A stretch of 63,627 nt of DNA, counting the filler, from Octopus bimaculoides (lineage: Eukaryota): the NCBI RefSeq assembly GCF_001194135.2. It is 4 parts of 4 records of this genome, joined end to end, with 100 filler letters (N's around TTAATTAATTAA, not from the genome) between each part and the next. Parts side by side here need not be neighbours in the genome. Positions count along the whole stretch, not along the records: positions 1 to 20,914 come from NC_068983.1; 3 more parts are not named here. One strand, given 5' to 3'. Positions within the stretch are counted from its first letter, which is position 1, and every line of letters begins with the position of its first letter. The position numbers and the translations under genes are program-made. Shown one piece after another: positions 1 through 12,714 of this stretch. The notes beneath the pieces are model-generated. The model did no database searches and was not told the DNA's origin. It worked only from the letters and a program-made list of their open reading frames with translations.

Positions 1-55
<55 letters not shown>

Positions 56-1624
56 CACATATACATTCATATACATAGAAACCGTGCACAATTTGTATAG
101 TAACAATAAAAGAGTGTGAAGTTGAAAAGAAATGTGCTTATCAAAACAAGCCATTTATTTCCATTAGCGTCGGCTCTATATTACCAACTAAATGTGTCCT
201 TAGACTATTGTGTGAAAGTATGTCTGATATGTGTATCAATAAACTCTAACAGGTAAGCCGTTAAAAATTGCCAGTTCAAACCCTGTTATATATATCTTTA
301 ATGCGTGATATCGTTGTCAAGTTGATGATGTTGCTACTTTTGTACTGTTGTTGGTGTTATTGTTGCGGTGATGGGGTCTTTTTTTTTTAGTGTTGTTGTT
401 GTTGTTGTTATTGTTGTTGTTGTTGTTATTGTTGTTGTTGTTGTTGATGTTTTATAATTGTTCTTCTTGTTATTGTTTTGGGGTGTTATATTTTTGTTGT
501 TTTTGTCACTGCTTGTCTTTGTTTTCATTAGTATTGTTGTTATTAACGCTGCTGTTCTAAGGCAAGCGAGCAGGCAGAATTTTTAGCATGCCGGACAAAA
601 TGATTACCGGTTAATTTCTTCCGGTTTCACGTTCTGAGCTCAAATTCCGCTGAGTGGTGGTGGCGGTGGTATTTGACACCAGGTCAGTCACGAAGAAGCA
701 AATCTATCACATTAAACAATGTGACCTTTAGTTATTATAAGAGAGTGTGTTGAGATTTGAGGGAGCTTTGGCTACTATTTTTAGCGTATCGCGTCAATGT
801 ATGTCTAGCTCCACTAGACATGGATATCTGATAAACCTCTCATTTCACTCTTTGCTGCTTGATTTTTTAATTTTATTGTAGACTTTGATCCCAGTATTAC
901 AAAATAACGACACCTCGAAGTGACAAACCAACAGGAGAAAAAAATATCTAAACCTATCTTAAATCGAATCCGACGACCTTTAAAACGTGGCCAAGAGTAC
1001 GCATTCAGTAATGTAGGCCAAAGTACACTGTCTTTGGTGGGAAATAAGAAAATCTCGGTTTAATCCTTCGTCAGTCCTGACCAAGCAGATCTCCCATCAA
1101 AGGTATTCCACCATATGATCACTTCATTTTCTGTATCAAAGAAAACTTATTTAATGTCCTTTCCTTTTTAAATGCTTGAGTGTGATTTTTAACTGCTATA
1201 GAGGATGATTAGACCGTTATTACTAGCAAGCCAAGCGACTGCTTAGATAAAAGATTCATTTCTTCGATACCTAAAATTTTAGGGATGCAAGATGACAGGA
1301 CAGTAAAATATTGAAAAAAAACAGCTGTATTTGGTTTCTTCTATGTCTTCAAGCCTTAAAAATCCATTTGGATGCTCACTTCTTTTCATCCTTCTAAAAA
1401 TAATTATAGTGAATAATACTGATTTTATTGAAACACGCAGTGTACCCCGGTGACTAATTATTGTAAGAGAGATAAACATTTCTAGTTAAATCTTGGCGGG
1501 ATTGAAACTTGAAATTCAAATTGAAGACCAAAGAAAAAGATGCTTAGAATATACATTTTAATTTTGTTTTTCCTTACTCATTACAAATATCTGTAAATTT
1601 CTAGTCATAGATCATAGTTCCAGA

Positions 1625-1890
1625 ATTGGCGATGTACCAGTTCTTTTCTGGCTAAGCACTCCACAGACACGCGTACCCATAACGTAGTTCTCGGGGAAAT
1701 TCAGTTTGACACAGGACGTGATAAGGCTAGTCCTTTGAAATACAGGTATTACTCGTTTTTGCCAGCTGAGTGGACTGGAGCAACGTGAAATAAGGTGTCT
1801 TGCTCAAGGACACAACGCGCCGCCGGGAATCAAGCTCATGACCTTATGATCGTGAGCCAAATGCCTCTAACCACTAAGCCAGGCACCTTC
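1625..1890 (-). mobile_element. tRNA-derived SINE family D
   Basis: Reverse-complement head GGCTTAGTGGTTAGAGG...GGTCATGAGCTTGATTCCC followed by GTTGTGTCCTTGAGCAAGACAC, a motif common in metazoan SINE bodies. A diverged forward copy lies at ~26935-27075. Confidence 0.7.
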
Positions 1891-2087
1891 ACTCCTCACA
1901 ATGATAGTCTATATCAGACGGTGTATCAGGATTTACTCATGTATACTTTCTGATTAAGCAAGCTGATATGTATTATCTAACTGACCAATTAAGTATTAAG
2001 AAGCTTCTCGCCTAAAGATATAATAAAATGCCCAGTGGATGACTTAAGAACACACGAATTTAAATGTCTAATATTATGATTCAAATT

Positions 2088-2265
2088 AAGGCGGTGAGCT
2101 GGCAGAATCGTTAGCATGCCGGGTAAAATGCTTAGCGGCATTTCGTCCATCTTCACGTTCTGGGTTCAAATTTCACCAAGGTCCACTTTCCTTCCTTTAG
2201 GGATTGATAAAATAAGTACCATTTGAGTTCTGGGGTCGATGTAATCGACTTACCCCACCCCTCCT
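2088..2265 (+). mobile_element. tRNA-derived SINE family B
   Basis: AAGGCGGTGAGCTGGCAGAATCGTTAGC...GGGTTCAAATT...GGGGTCGATGTAATCGAC. Many copies are present in the window. Confidence 0.85.
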
Positions 2266-2284
2266 GACCGTTCTACTTCGTTAT

Positions 2285-2510
2285 TGCCGTTGTTTAACCC
2301 ACCACCCCCAGGTCAACGCTGATTAAACAGACATAATGTCTAAAGTCTTCATTTATATCCATCAATCTTTCCCTCGTGTAGTATTCCATATCCAGGACTA
2401 CATCATTCAATGTTTCCTGCCTTTTCTAAATGAGTTGGGTGTCATTTGAGGGAGGTTTTACTAGTATTTCTAGCAAGTCAAGCAACCCCAAGAAGGTTCC
2501 CTTGAGGTAA
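2285..2510 (+). repeat. Interspersed repeat family C
   Basis: GTTGTTTAACC..CCAGGTCAAC.CTGAT...GTGTCATTTGAGGGAGG....CTATTTCTAGCAAGTC. Fragments recur at ~745, 1075-1250, 45525-45560 and 55670-55735. Confidence 0.65.
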
Positions 2511-3129
2511 GTACTAAACGTCGTGACACTTATTCCTGCTTCAGGCTACAAATCAAAGGAAAAAATCTGACTTTTGCAAGCTATACCCTCCAGGTCAAAC
2601 ATAAAAACACCGTATATAATAAATGGGGTGTCAGGTGACGTGATCTTGTCATAGATAAAGAACAGGAAGTTTTTAGCTTAAAAGTGCTTTGCTGTTTGAC
2701 ATAAAAATAGAAAGAGAGTTATGAATAATAGTTCTCCTTTGGATACAAACAGTATCATGTAATGGGGCGGCATATGGGAAGGCATGAAGATCCGAATTCA
2801 CAACTCAATCGTTTAAATAATATGGCTAAATTCATTCGTTTTAAAACAACGTTAAAACTCTATAAAAGTAATAAAAAAAAACAATGCCTGGAAAACTACT
2901 ATGTTCATTGATATAGTTTCATTCTAACATGATACAGTCATGTATTTAAGTCTGTAATATTTGATTGCTTACGGCAAAGCAGGTGTATTTTAAGGGAGAG
3001 AAAACAATAGAAAATGATGACAGTTATACCGCTCCAAAGATTAATTGCAGCGGAAGACAACTGCTTCAACCATGAAACCAAACCACGAATTCTGGCAGTA
3101 TCTTCTGTCAGGACAAAATGTGCGCACAC

Positions 3130-3310
3130 CGCAGGCGTGGCTGTGAGGTAAGAAACTTGCTTCCTAACCACATGGTTTCTGGGTTCAGTCTCACTACGTG
3201 GCACCTTGGGCAAGAGTCTTCTACTATAGCCCCGGGCCGACCAAAACCTTGTGAGAGGATTTGGTAGGCGGAAACTGAAAGAAGACGGTCGTATATATAC
3301 ATGTGTGTGT
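3130..3310 (+). mobile_element. tRNA-derived SINE family A (head), runs into an N gap
   Basis: CGCAGGCGTGGCTGTGAGGTAAG...GGTTCAGTC...GGCACCTTGGGCAAG...CGGAAACTGAAAGAAG matches the copies at 6787, 7485 and 9038. Confidence 0.85.
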
Positions 3311-3840
3311 NNNNNNNNNNNNNNNNNNNNNNNNNNNNNNNNNNNNNNNNNNNNNNNNNNNNNNNNNNNNNNNNNNNNNNNNNNNNNNNNNNNNNNNNNN
3401 NNNNNNNNNNNNNNNNNNNNNNNNNNNNNNNNNNNNNNNNNNNNNNNNNNNNNNNNNNNNNNNNNNNNNNNNNNNNNNNNNNNNNNNNNNNNNNNNNNNN
3501 NNNNNNNNNNNNNNNNNNNNNNNNNNNNNNNNNNNNNNNNNNNNNNNNNNNNNNNNNNNNNNNNNNNNNNNNNNNNNNNNNNNNNNNNNNNNNNNNNNNN
3601 NNNNNNNNNNNNNNNNNNNNNNNNNNNNNNNNNNNNNNNNNNNNNNNNNNNNNNNNNNNNNNNNNNNNNNNNNNNNNNNNNNNNNNNNNNNNNNNNNNNN
3701 NNNNNNNNNNNNNNNNNNNNNNNNNNNNNNNNNNNNNNNNNNNNNNNNNNNNNNNNNNNNNNNNNNNNNNNNNNNNNNNNNNNNNNNNNNNNNNNNNNNN
3801 NNNNNNNNNNNNNNNNNNNNNNNNNNNNNNGTGTGTATGT

Positions 3841-3881
<41 letters not shown>

Positions 3882-4098
3882 TGTGTGTGTGCATGTATGT
3901 ATATATATGATATTTACCACGTGAACTACGATGAAAAAAACATGAGAAAGATATGGTATATAATTTTTTTTTATGCAGTGGTTCCTTGAGACATTTAATT
4001 TATTTTAAGGGTTACGCAAGGGTAAAAAGGTTGAAAAACATTGCCCTAAAGTATTGAGCAGTAATGTATTTACATGCAATTAAATATATGTTCGGTTA

Positions 4099-4162
4099 TA
4101 GAGTGACCACTGGTTTCGCATCCATAAAGCACTTAGCTTTATTGACGACTCATCAGACTCTA
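4099..4162 (-). ncRNA. Type I hammerhead ribozyme, canonical core
   Basis: Minus strand reads UAGAGU CUGAUGA GUCGUCAAUAAAGC UAAGU GCUUUAUGGAUGC GAAA CC AGU GG UC^ACUCUA. It has a 6-bp stem I, an intact CUGAUGA/GAAA core, a long stem II, a 2-bp stem III and a GUC cleavage triplet. Confidence 0.85.
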
Positions 4163-5795
4163 ATAGCGGAGGACAAATAACCCTCCTTCAAACCGGCATT
4201 TATATATCTTCGGTGAGTTAACTACTATTATCAAAGTCATAATGTAAAAATTACATTTACTCACTTCGACAGACGAATCAAAGAAGGAAACACCAAAAGT
4301 TTATGACAAAATCAGTCGAAGTTATTGTTCTTTTGTCCTGGGCTAGAAGACTACATACACGATTAGAGACGTACGGAAATACACAAACGCAAGCTAACTA
4401 TATTTTATCTTCGTAATTAATCAACAGCTGCAAATGATATTTTTTGGCATAACTACATTTTTTCAAAATTTCAAGTTTCATTTGTGATGTATGTCAGTAT
4501 GAATGTGAGCGTGCCCATCGACTTTTATTCCGATATAATATAATCTACACCATCGGAAAATTTCATTAAAAATTATCTATTTTGCTGAAAGTTAGGAGGA
4601 AACAAAATTAGGGGTGCACAATTTTGTAGGTATGCCATTTTTTAATGGTAATATAAGATATAAAAGACACACAAACATGCAAATACGCACAAGCTAGTGT
4701 ACACGCGAACACGCATATGAACAAATATACATATAAAGAAAGAGGCGTATGCAAACTCTCACATACTCTCATAAACACAATCAGAAACGTACACATAGAC
4801 ATTATCAAACTAACATGCACACTCGCAAACCAGCCAAATGCACTACAGATGCTAAAAGTAGCAGTCAAATCTCTTTCAAAAAGAGATGCAACATTCACAC
4901 TTAAATTTCAAGAAATCAAATTTAAAACAAAAATACTTCAGTAACATTCCGTCCATTCTACACACACAGTCATCCGTAGAAACATTTATCTAGGATATCC
5001 TAGATAAACATTGCAATTTAGGAATTTTAAAAAAAAGAAGTGTAAGTAAATTGACCAAAAAATCGACATTAAAATCGAATAATTTTATGTCAACAATCTA
5101 TGTAACATAAACAATATGTAAAGCGTACATATATTTTATATCAGATGAAGACAATCACATTTACAAGAAAGCATCATCATTGATGAACGAAATGAGATTC
5201 AAGAATACTCTTTCACATAGGCTCATGAACATGTAATGTAAATAAAACATCACTAGTCCTACACCACTGCCTGAGTTTCTTCTTGGCGAGCATTCATTGA
5301 CTTCCTATAGTCTGTCTAAGGAAATTACTAGATGTCACTGTCGTTACTTCCGGTTAATTTACTTTCAGTTTCTAAACTTCTAGATTGCGCGTAAAACTAT
5401 TGTTAAAATTTGTCAAAATATGTTGAAATATGTTGAAAGATATTTCTTCAAAATATCGATGACGGCGCCGGTTGAGACGAAAACAATGATTCCAACAATG
5501 GAATGTCTATCTGATCGTTTAATAGATCCGTTCAAATATTATGTATTTTGAACGAATAATCAACAATCTTAGTATTTAAATATATGGTATTTAAACGTGT
5601 AAGGTTTAGATGTATATTTTTGATATTTCAACGTCAATGATTCTCCGTTGATTTATTACTCACTGCATGCCATTGGTTGAACTCAATGTCTCGCACAGGG
5701 AGCAAACACGAATAAACAGTTGTACAGACGATGGTTGACAGACAGACAGACCAATTGGACGAGATACATATATTTACAGAAAAAGAGAAAGACAG

Positions 5796-5829
<34 letters not shown>

Positions 5830-5939
5830 NNNNNNNNNNNNNNNNNNNNNNNNNNNNNNNNNNNNNNNNNNNNNNNNNNNNNNNNNNNNNNNNNNNNNNN
5901 NNNNNNNNNNNNNNNNNNNNNNNNNNNNNCACACATACA

Positions 5940-5984
<45 letters not shown>

Positions 5985-6786
5985 GATACATGCATACATA
6001 CATTTTCAGGAGTGTACTATCGTTTTCCTTTTCTCTGTTGCCCCAAGGGGGAATTTATTTGGTGTCTCTAAAGTGGCAAAATCTATGGCTATTATTATAA
6101 AAGAGAATCTATTACACAAACACACACACACACATACATTTCTACTTCTAAACTTATTTCAGTGAGGCTTTGAAAACTGGTCTTATTTTATGAAGCAAAT
6201 AAGCAAAAAAAACTTCTGAATTTAGTTTTAATTATAAAATTACATCTCTCAACAGTTAAAAGCATTCTTTTTCGGCTTTAGGATTATTGCATATATATTC
6301 AAATGTTTCATTAAATCGATCCTTTTTCTTTTTTATTTTTTCATATATTTTTCGGCATTCTGTCAAGCACTTGGAATAACTATATGGAAGTGGGGCAAAA
6401 TTGGTAACTGGGTCAAAATGAATAATTTCTGAATTCTGATTTTCTTTCATTTTGTACCATTGCATCATCTATGGGAGTAACATTTGGTCAGTATAGGTTA
6501 CGTAGTTGGGAGTAAAAATTGGTCAGTATAGCTTACATAGTTGTTGTTGAAGTTGAGGGTTTGAAACAGAGGTGACAGGTACTATTTTCAAAAATGTTTT
6601 CCTTAAATTTGACAAGATTGTAATTGAGATAGCTAATAATTTTTGGCGAAGAAACTATAGTGAAGAAGCTATAAAGAATATTTTATGTTGAGTTTTTAGA
6701 TTTAGTTGAGTTTCATTAATTTCATACTATGTCCTATTTTTCCATAATCCTCTTTCATTTGACCAAGATACTTTACATTTTGTTAT

Positions 6787-6952
6787 AGGCGCAGGAGTGG
6801 TTGTGTGGTAAGTAGCTTGCTTACCAAACACATGGTTCCGGGTTCAGTTCCACTGAGTGGCACCTTGGGCAAGTGTCTTCTACTATAGCCTCGGGCAAAC
6901 CAAAACCTTGTGAGTGGATTTGGTAGATGGAAACTAAAAGAAGCCCGTCGTA

Positions 6953-7039
<87 letters not shown>

Positions 7040-7241
7040 TTGTGTGTCTATGTTTGTACCCCCACCATCGCTTGACAACCGATGCTGGTGTGTTTACGTC
7101 CCCGTAACTTAGCGGTTCGGCAAAAAGAGACCAATAGAATAAGTACTAGGCTTACAAAGAATAAGTCCTGGGGTCGATTCACTCGACTAAAGGCGGTGCT
7201 CCAGCATGGCCGCAGTCAAATGACTGAAACAAGTAAAAGAG
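6787..7241 (+). mobile_element. SINE family A, full length (head + internal TA/GT microsatellite + tail)
   Basis: A/B-box-like head (TGGTTGTGTGGTAAG; GGTTCAGTTCC), internal (TA)n(TG)n, and tail ending GACTGAAACAAGTAAAAGAG. Multiple homologous copies are present in the window. Confidence 0.9.
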
Positions 7242-7484
7242 CATGTCCGATCTTTCTGATGTCTAAGGATGGATGTTTATGTGTATGACTCTTTTTTCAA
7301 ATTTAATTCTGGAGAACTGGAAGAACATATTTACCTTGTCTTGTCTTACTCATTTTTGCCCTGCCTAAATTTGTCTTTTATCTGGGCAAAGAACAGTGAT
7401 GATTTTCTGAAATAGTGTTTTGAATGTTATAGGCTTTACTGCGTTTAGAGAAGGTCCTTACTTCGCTGATATACTTTGGCAAAG

Positions 7485-7876
7485 TACTCTTTTACTTGTT
7501 TCAGTCATTTGACTACCGCCATGCTGGAGCACAGCCTTTAGTCGAACAAATCGACCCCAGAACTTATCCTTTGGAAGCCTAGTACTTATTCTATCGGTCT
7601 CTTTTGCCGAACCGCTAAGTTACGGGGACGTATACACACCACCATCGGTTGTCAAGTGATGGTGGGGGGGACAAACACAGACACACAAACATACACATAT
7701 ATATATACACATATATACAACGGGCTTCTTTCAGTTTCCGTCTACCAAATCCACTCACAAGGCTTTGGTCGGCCCGAGGCTATAGTAGAAGACACTTGCC
7801 CAAAGTGCCACGCAGTGGGACTGAACCCGGAACCATGTGGTTGGTAATCAAGCTACTTACCACACAGCAACTCCTG
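7485..7876 (-). mobile_element. SINE family A, full length, antiparallel to the 6787 copy
   Basis: Reverse complement of the same head and tail sequence. Confidence 0.9.
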
Positions 7877-8089
7877 TGAACATTTGTAAAAAATATATTT
7901 TCTTCAAAGTTAAAAATGCAGTAAATATTACTCATTGTGTCCTACCTACTCTTACTAGAAACTGGAAAAGCAGACTTTCGGAAATAGCTGTTTGAATTGT
8001 CGGGGTTTGCCCCACTTTTTTCCTTTGTTTTTTCCCGCATTGCAAAACAATGAAGAGAAGCCGTTTTAAAAGAAGAATTTTTCACCACC

Positions 8090-8130
<41 letters not shown>

Positions 8131-9037
8131 NNNNNNNNNNNNNNNNNNNNNNNNNNNNNNNNNNNNNNNNNNNNNNNNNNNNNNNNNNNNNNNNNNNNNN
8201 NNNNNNNNNNNNNNNNNNNNNNNNNNNNNNNNNNNNNNNNNNNNNNNNNNNNNNNNNNNNNNNNNNNNNNNNNNNNNNNNNNNNNNNNNNNNNNNNNNNN
8301 NNNNNNNNNNNNNNNNNNNNNNNNNNNNNNNNNNNNNNNNNNNNNNNNNNNNNNNNNNNNNNNNNNNNNNNNNNNNNNNNNNNNNNNNNNNNNNNNNNNN
8401 NNNNNNNNNNNNNNNNNNNNNNNNNNNNNNNNNNNNNNNNNNNNNNNNNNNNNNNNNNNNNNNNNNNNNNNNNNNNNNNNNNNNNNNNNNNNNNNNNNNN
8501 NNNNNNNNNNNNNNNNNNNNNNNNNNNNNNNNNNNNNNNNNNNNNNNNNNNNNNNNNNNNNNNNNNNNNNNNNNNNNNNNNNNNNNNNNNNNNNNNNNNN
8601 NNNNNNNNNNNNNNNNNNNNNNNNNNNNNNNNNNNNNNNNNNNNNNNNNNNNNNNNNNNNNNNNNNNNNNNNNNNNNNNNNNNNNNNNNNNNNNNNNNNN
8701 NNNNNNNNNNNNNNNNNNNNNNNNNNNNNNNNNNNNNNNNNNNNNNNNNNNNNNNNNNNNNNNNNNNNNNNNNNNNNNNNNNNNNNNNNNNNNNNNNNNN
8801 NNNNNNNNNNNNNNNNNNNNNNNNNNNNNNNNNNNNNNNNNNNNNNNNNNNNNNNNNNNNNNNNNNNNNNNNNNNNNNNNNNNNNNNNNNNNNNNNNNNN
8901 NNNNNNNNNNNNNNNNNNNNNNNNNNNNNNNNNNNNNNNNNNNNNNNNNNNNNNNNNNNNNNNNNNNNNNNNNNNNNNNNNNNNNNNNNNNNNNNNNNNN
9001 NNNNNNNNNNNNNNNNNNNNNNNNNNNNNNNNNNNNN

Positions 9038-9053
9038 ACACACAAACATACAC

Positions 9054-9084
<31 letters not shown>

Positions 9085-9256
9085 CATATATACGACGGGC
9101 TTCTTTCAGTTTCCGTCTACCAAATCCACTCACAAGGCTTTGGTCAGCCCGAGGCTATAGTAGAAGACACTTGCCCAAGGTGCCACGCAGTGGGACTGAA
9201 CCCAGAACCATGTGGTTGGTAAGCAAGCTACTTACCACACAGCCACTCCTACGCCT
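9038..9256 (-). mobile_element. SINE family A (head half) adjoining an N gap
   Basis: ACGACGGGCTTCTTTCAGTTTCCGTCTACC...CCACACAGCCACTCCTACGCCT. Confidence 0.9.
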
Positions 9257-9777
9257 ATGTACATTGTACATTATTTTAATATGGGTTTTCTGGAGGAGCA
9301 GACAGAGCTATGAACAAGAAAGTAAATTACACTAAATATGCCATCATATACCCTCTCTCAAATATGATGAAATAATATTCGAATACATCAAAACATGGGG
9401 CAAGCTGCTAGATCATACTCGCTCGTCAGCGACAGTGAAGCTGTTTTTACAAACAGCAACTCTCTTGTTTGCATTACAGGCAGTATATTCACGAAAGATT
9501 GAGTCTTCTTACCAGAGAAATTTATTCAAGTACGGGTAATGAAATAGAAAATGGACAAGGTTGCAAACTATCGGGGAACTTGCAACTGTAATATCATTAT
9601 ACGTTCAGAGAAACCACGAGAAACCAAATGTGTTTTAACAATTAAACCAACACCGGCTTCTCGACAGATTGTTTAACCTCTCCCTGATAAATAAGACGTA
9701 CATAAATACATGCATACATACATACATACATACATACATACATACATACATACATACATACATACATAATAATAATA

Positions 9778-10336
9778 ATCTTTTCTATTCTAGGTACAAG
9801 GCCTGAAATTTTGGGGGAGGGTGCCAGTCGATTAGATCGACCTCAGTACGCAAATGGTACTTAATTTATCGATCCCGAAAGGATGAAAGGAAAAGTCGAC
9901 CTCGGCAGAATTTGAACTCAGAAGGTAAAGACAGACGAAATACCGCTAAGCATTTCGCCCGGTGCGCTAACGTTTCTTATTTCTTTATTGCCCACAAGGA
10001 GATAAACATAGAGGGGACAAACAAGGACAGACAAAGGGGTTAAGTTGATTACATCGACCCCAGTGCGTAACAGGTACTTAATTTATCGACCTCGAAAGGA
10101 TGAAAGGCAAAGTCGACCTTGACGGAATTTGAACTCAGAACGAAATGGCAGGCGAAATACCGCTAAGCATTTCGCCCGGCGTGCTAACGTTTNNNNNNNN
10201 NNNNNNNNNNNNNNNNNNNNNNNNNNNNNNNNNNNNNNNNNNNNNNNNNNNNNNNNNNNNNNNNNNNNNNNNNNNNNNNNNNNNNNNNNNNNNNNNNNNN
10301 NNNNNNNNNNNNNNNNCTGCCAGCTCACCGCCTTTA
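9778..10336 (-). mobile_element. Two nested or tandem SINE family B copies
   Basis: Two successive reverse-complement B bodies. The outer 5' end (CTGCCAGCTCACCGCCTT) appears only after the gap, at ~10317-10336. Confidence 0.8.
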
Positions 10337-10351
10337 ATGATGATGATGATG

Positions 10352-10403
<52 letters not shown>

Positions 10404-11357
10404 CCTTTTCTCCTATGAAAAATGATGATAATGATGGGAAGCAATTTTGAGAGGTGGGGAAAAGTCGATACTACTAACTCCCAGTACTTGACTGGTACAT
10501 TTTTTTATCGACCTTGGAAGAAGAAAGGCACAATTAACCTCGGCAGTATTTGAACTTAGAATGCATAAAGCCAGAGGAAATATTGCAAACCATTTCTTCC
10601 AACAATCTAACGATCATACCAGCTATTTAAAACTTAGCGTCTAATGAAGTTACCTTGATTGACCTTCGTTTGGCAATATAAATATAAACATTCTCCATTT
10701 GAACTGGATACAACAAGTGTTAGCCTTCTTTGGAGAAAAAATAAATATCCTGTTTGTTGTGTATATGATGTGGAGATTGGGATTAGAGTTAGTGTGGCCA
10801 GAAGGGTATCTGAACGTGTTCAAGTGATTGGTGTTCTTCTCAAGTGAGCAAGAGACAGGTAACTTGGCTTAAACTTCAACCTGTTTCTATCGTAGACAGA
10901 AAAGCTTGTTAATTTATGCTAGGTCACAGGAAAGTGCACAAACACAAAACGATGTATGTATGTATGTACGTATGTAAATCCGTATGTATGTATGCATGTA
11001 TGTATGCATGTGACTGCAGTTAATCTCATACAAATGAAATGTATGTCTATCAATTAGTTTGATTTTGACACTTCCATTTTGCTCCACATACACACGCACG
11101 AGCGAGCGCACGAACATACACACGCACGCACACATACACACACACCTCGCACACGTCACACACTGACACACAAACAAGTACACACACATTAATATACACA
11201 CACGCACCCCCGCGTATGACACTCGCCGATTATCAGTTTCCTACAGTCTTTTTTTTTTTACGCGTGAGAAATAATATAAACCCATATGAGAAATAATGAG
11301 ATTCTGTAGCGTTCATGGATTTCCTCCGTGACATTAGTCCAGGAGTGTCCCATAGAC

Positions 11358-11654
11358 CAGGGGTTTTCAAACTTTTTGACTTGCGGACCCCTTTATATTT
11401 CAGGCTTTACCTTAGGGACCCCCTTATAAACGCTTATGAAATTTATACATAAATATTTGCTTAAAATAACATATGTTTTTACATTTATTTATTTCACAGT
11501 ATTTAACAAATAGGGTTATTGTCAATTAAAAGATTTCGATTAAAAAACATATATAAAATCAAACTGCCCATAAAAAGTATTTGCTGTTCACGGATCCCCT
11601 GTCTTGTCCTTGCGGACCTACTGTGGTCCGCGGACTACAGTTTGAAAACCCCTG
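11358..11654. mobile_element. hAT-superfamily MITE
   Basis: 15-bp TIRs CAGGGGTTTTCAAAC / GTTTGAAAACCCCTG. 8-bp TSD CCATAGAC / TCATAGAC with one mismatch. Confidence 0.9.
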
Positions 11655-12714
11655 TCATAGACCATTAAACTCCGTTTATCATTTTCAGTCAAGGATTTAT
11701 TATTCCTTGTTCTCCAAAACAGTTCTTTCTTCATAGCAGAACTCATAGAAAAGATCATTCGTTTATCCGATGTGATGTGTAAAGAATCTGACATTTAGCG
11801 GGAGCGTGCACATAAAAAAGGCGCAGTGACACACCAAACAATTTTTAACTCATTTCTCTTATACTATGTGAAGTATTTCATTAGTTAAAATATGTGTAAT
11901 TGTATTCTACATTCATCAATTTCATCTTTCAGTAACAATACGATTGTGTATGAATTGCTGATATAGGTGCGATATGAAAAAGATGAAACTCCAGAGGATG
12001 GTCTAGTGTCGAGAGGTTATGACGTCAGGGTTTGTACACATTACAGGAGATTGAGAAGGCAGTTCAAAAACACGGGAGGTTGGCCAAATAAAGTAATGAC
12101 TCCAGAAAGTTCTTCTAAGGCTATGCGATAAAAAAAAAAAAAAAGAAAAAGAGATTCGACTTTTATCGCACAAGTTAAAAACAAATTGTTGAAAAGGCAC
12201 CAATTTTGAAAACTGTGCTAGTTAGGAGCAGTCGCCCCCCCCCTTGCTCCCCTGTTAGCTATGTCACTGATTCTACTGCAAGTGCTTTGACTATCTCTGA
12301 TCTGAAGATAACTTGCGTTTTTTCTCACCAACTTTAGAGGCCCTGGCAGGGATTATGAGCGCTGTTCTCCTGTGACTAAACGATCAAAAACGAGTAACTG
12401 TTGTTACCCATTTGCGATTTATTCTCTGCTCAGTTGATAATTTCTGCATTCATTGGTCCCAACACTGAAAAACATTCATTACTAACATAGGTGCAAAGCA
12501 TCGAATTTTGTAGGAGGGTGTGGGTGATTATATCTTTGGCTAGTGCTTATTTTGATAACCACAAAAGAACGAAAAACAAATTTGACCTCGGCTAATTACC
12601 ACAAAATATTTTCGTTCGTCGCTTCACGAATTCTGCCATCTACTGACATCAGCGATGGAAAATATTAAAATCCATCACCCTCTCTCTCTCTTTTAATATT
12701 TATGACTTACTTAA

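Noticed and set aside
168-9535. Small AG...GT bounded open segments (168-252, ~4159-4212, ~9480-9535)
   Set aside because: Such matches are common by chance and show no recognisable homology; the 4159 segment overlaps the hammerhead/pLTR on the opposite strand.
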